Assembly: GCF_016433145.1 (NCBI RefSeq)
Contig: NC_058130.1
Coordinates: 245,669,658-245,733,657, forward strand
Origin: Gracilinanus agilis
Taxonomy: Eukaryota
Direction: 5' to 3'
Length of the DNA stretch: 64,000 nucleotides
Positions 63,197 to 64,000 of the stretch are shown here, piece by piece. Within the stretch, counting starts at the first letter, position 1; the number at the start of each line of letters is the position of its first letter. The position numbers and the translations under genes were made by a program. The notes beneath the pieces were generated by a model. The model worked only from the letters and a program-made list of their open reading frames with translations, made no database searches and was not told the origin of the DNA.

Positions 63197-64000
63197 AAGC
63201 AATGATGGAACTGATCCACCCTCAGGACTTCTTTTCCTTCTCCCCTTGGCTTCTGCAACAGCTCCAAATAGACTGAACGGTAGCTGGAAGGTGACAGAGA
63301 GCAGCTCTGAACATACTCCCTTAGGCACCTTCTCAGATGAGATGAAAAGTCTTTAGCACAGAGATCCAGCCAGCCTCAAATCCCCAGAATATGGTATGTC
63401 AGCTACACCCTCAACCATTTCCTTGACTTTCTCAGTTTACAGAAAAGACAAAGTAGAAATGGAAAAGCAACTTTTGGGGCAGGATTTCCCATCTGAAGAG
63501 TTAAGAACAGAGGAAAAAATCTGCAAGTGTGAAAACTGTAAATCTATCATTTGTGATGGAAAATCAATGGGGTGGGGGGGAAAGGATTTTTTTTCTCTGA
63601 AGGTGAGGGATTGGTAGTCCAAGAAGTATGAAAAACCTTCACTTGAATGCAGGGTCTGGCACTACTGTAGGAGCCTTCCCAGTGTTATCTGGAGTTACAC
63701 TGGTAATATTGAAAGGAGTAAAATTGTAAGGGGTGGAGAGAAAGTTCCAGTGACACAGATAGATATTATGAGAGAGATAAATTCTATTCAGTGTTGCTAA
63801 GGAAGTCACAGATGGCAAATAGAATTGACATGTTCACACTGTAGGAGTAAGATTTATTTAATTTGGGTTGAAGCAGAGTGGAGGAGAATGTAAGAAGTCA
63901 CAAATTTGCCTGTAAACTTTAAAACCCAAGAGTTGCTCTGATAAATGGCTCTATGAAATGTTTTTGGCCAATATTAGTGTGTTTGGAGTCCCTGAGGTCC
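63197..64000 (+). other. CDKN2B 3' UTR, incomplete in this window
   Basis: Follows the stop codon. I saw no AATAAA before the window ends. AU-rich ATTTATTTA at 63852-63860. Confidence 0.7.

Noticed and set aside
1-64000. CRISPR arrays, rRNA, operons or other prokaryote-type systems
   Set aside because: The window is mammalian, intron-containing, retrotransposon-rich DNA, and I saw no repeat-spacer arrays.

Overview
Marsupial genomic DNA, most likely an opossum such as Monodelphis, judged from SINE1_Mdo-like and MAR1-like SINEs, RTE, L3/CR1, marsupial-type L1 and hAT/Charlie MITEs. The only protein-coding gene I can support is at the far right: a two-exon INK4-family CDK inhibitor on the + strand (CDS 60679-60834 joined to 62936-63196, 138 aa, GT-AG intron of 2101 nt). 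Exon sizes, the ADPNGINRFGRR motif, the TGD-stop C-terminus and a closed ARF frame identify it as CDKN2B (p15INK4b) rather than CDKN2A. The ~60 kb upstream is gene-free and dominated by transposable elements, with several unique-looking islands; in human the equivalent interval lies within the antisense lncRNA ANRIL (CDKN2B-AS1). The other ORFs in the supplied track are spurious or TE-derived. I did not find a convincing new biological system. The best leads are: a CpG-transition-type loss of Arg residues and a p18-like ankyrin motif in the protein; a p10-like intron-1 read-through; an L1 inserted in the promoter that keeps its CpGs; a hAT MITE carrying a near-consensus CTCF motif; a strong + strand bias of L1s (possible hidden minus-strand transcript); an inverted L3/CR1; and a probable false duplication at the single N (36809). 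Comparisons to human sequences and repeat family names are from memory, not from alignments or database searches. TE boundaries are approximate unless TSDs or TIRs are given.
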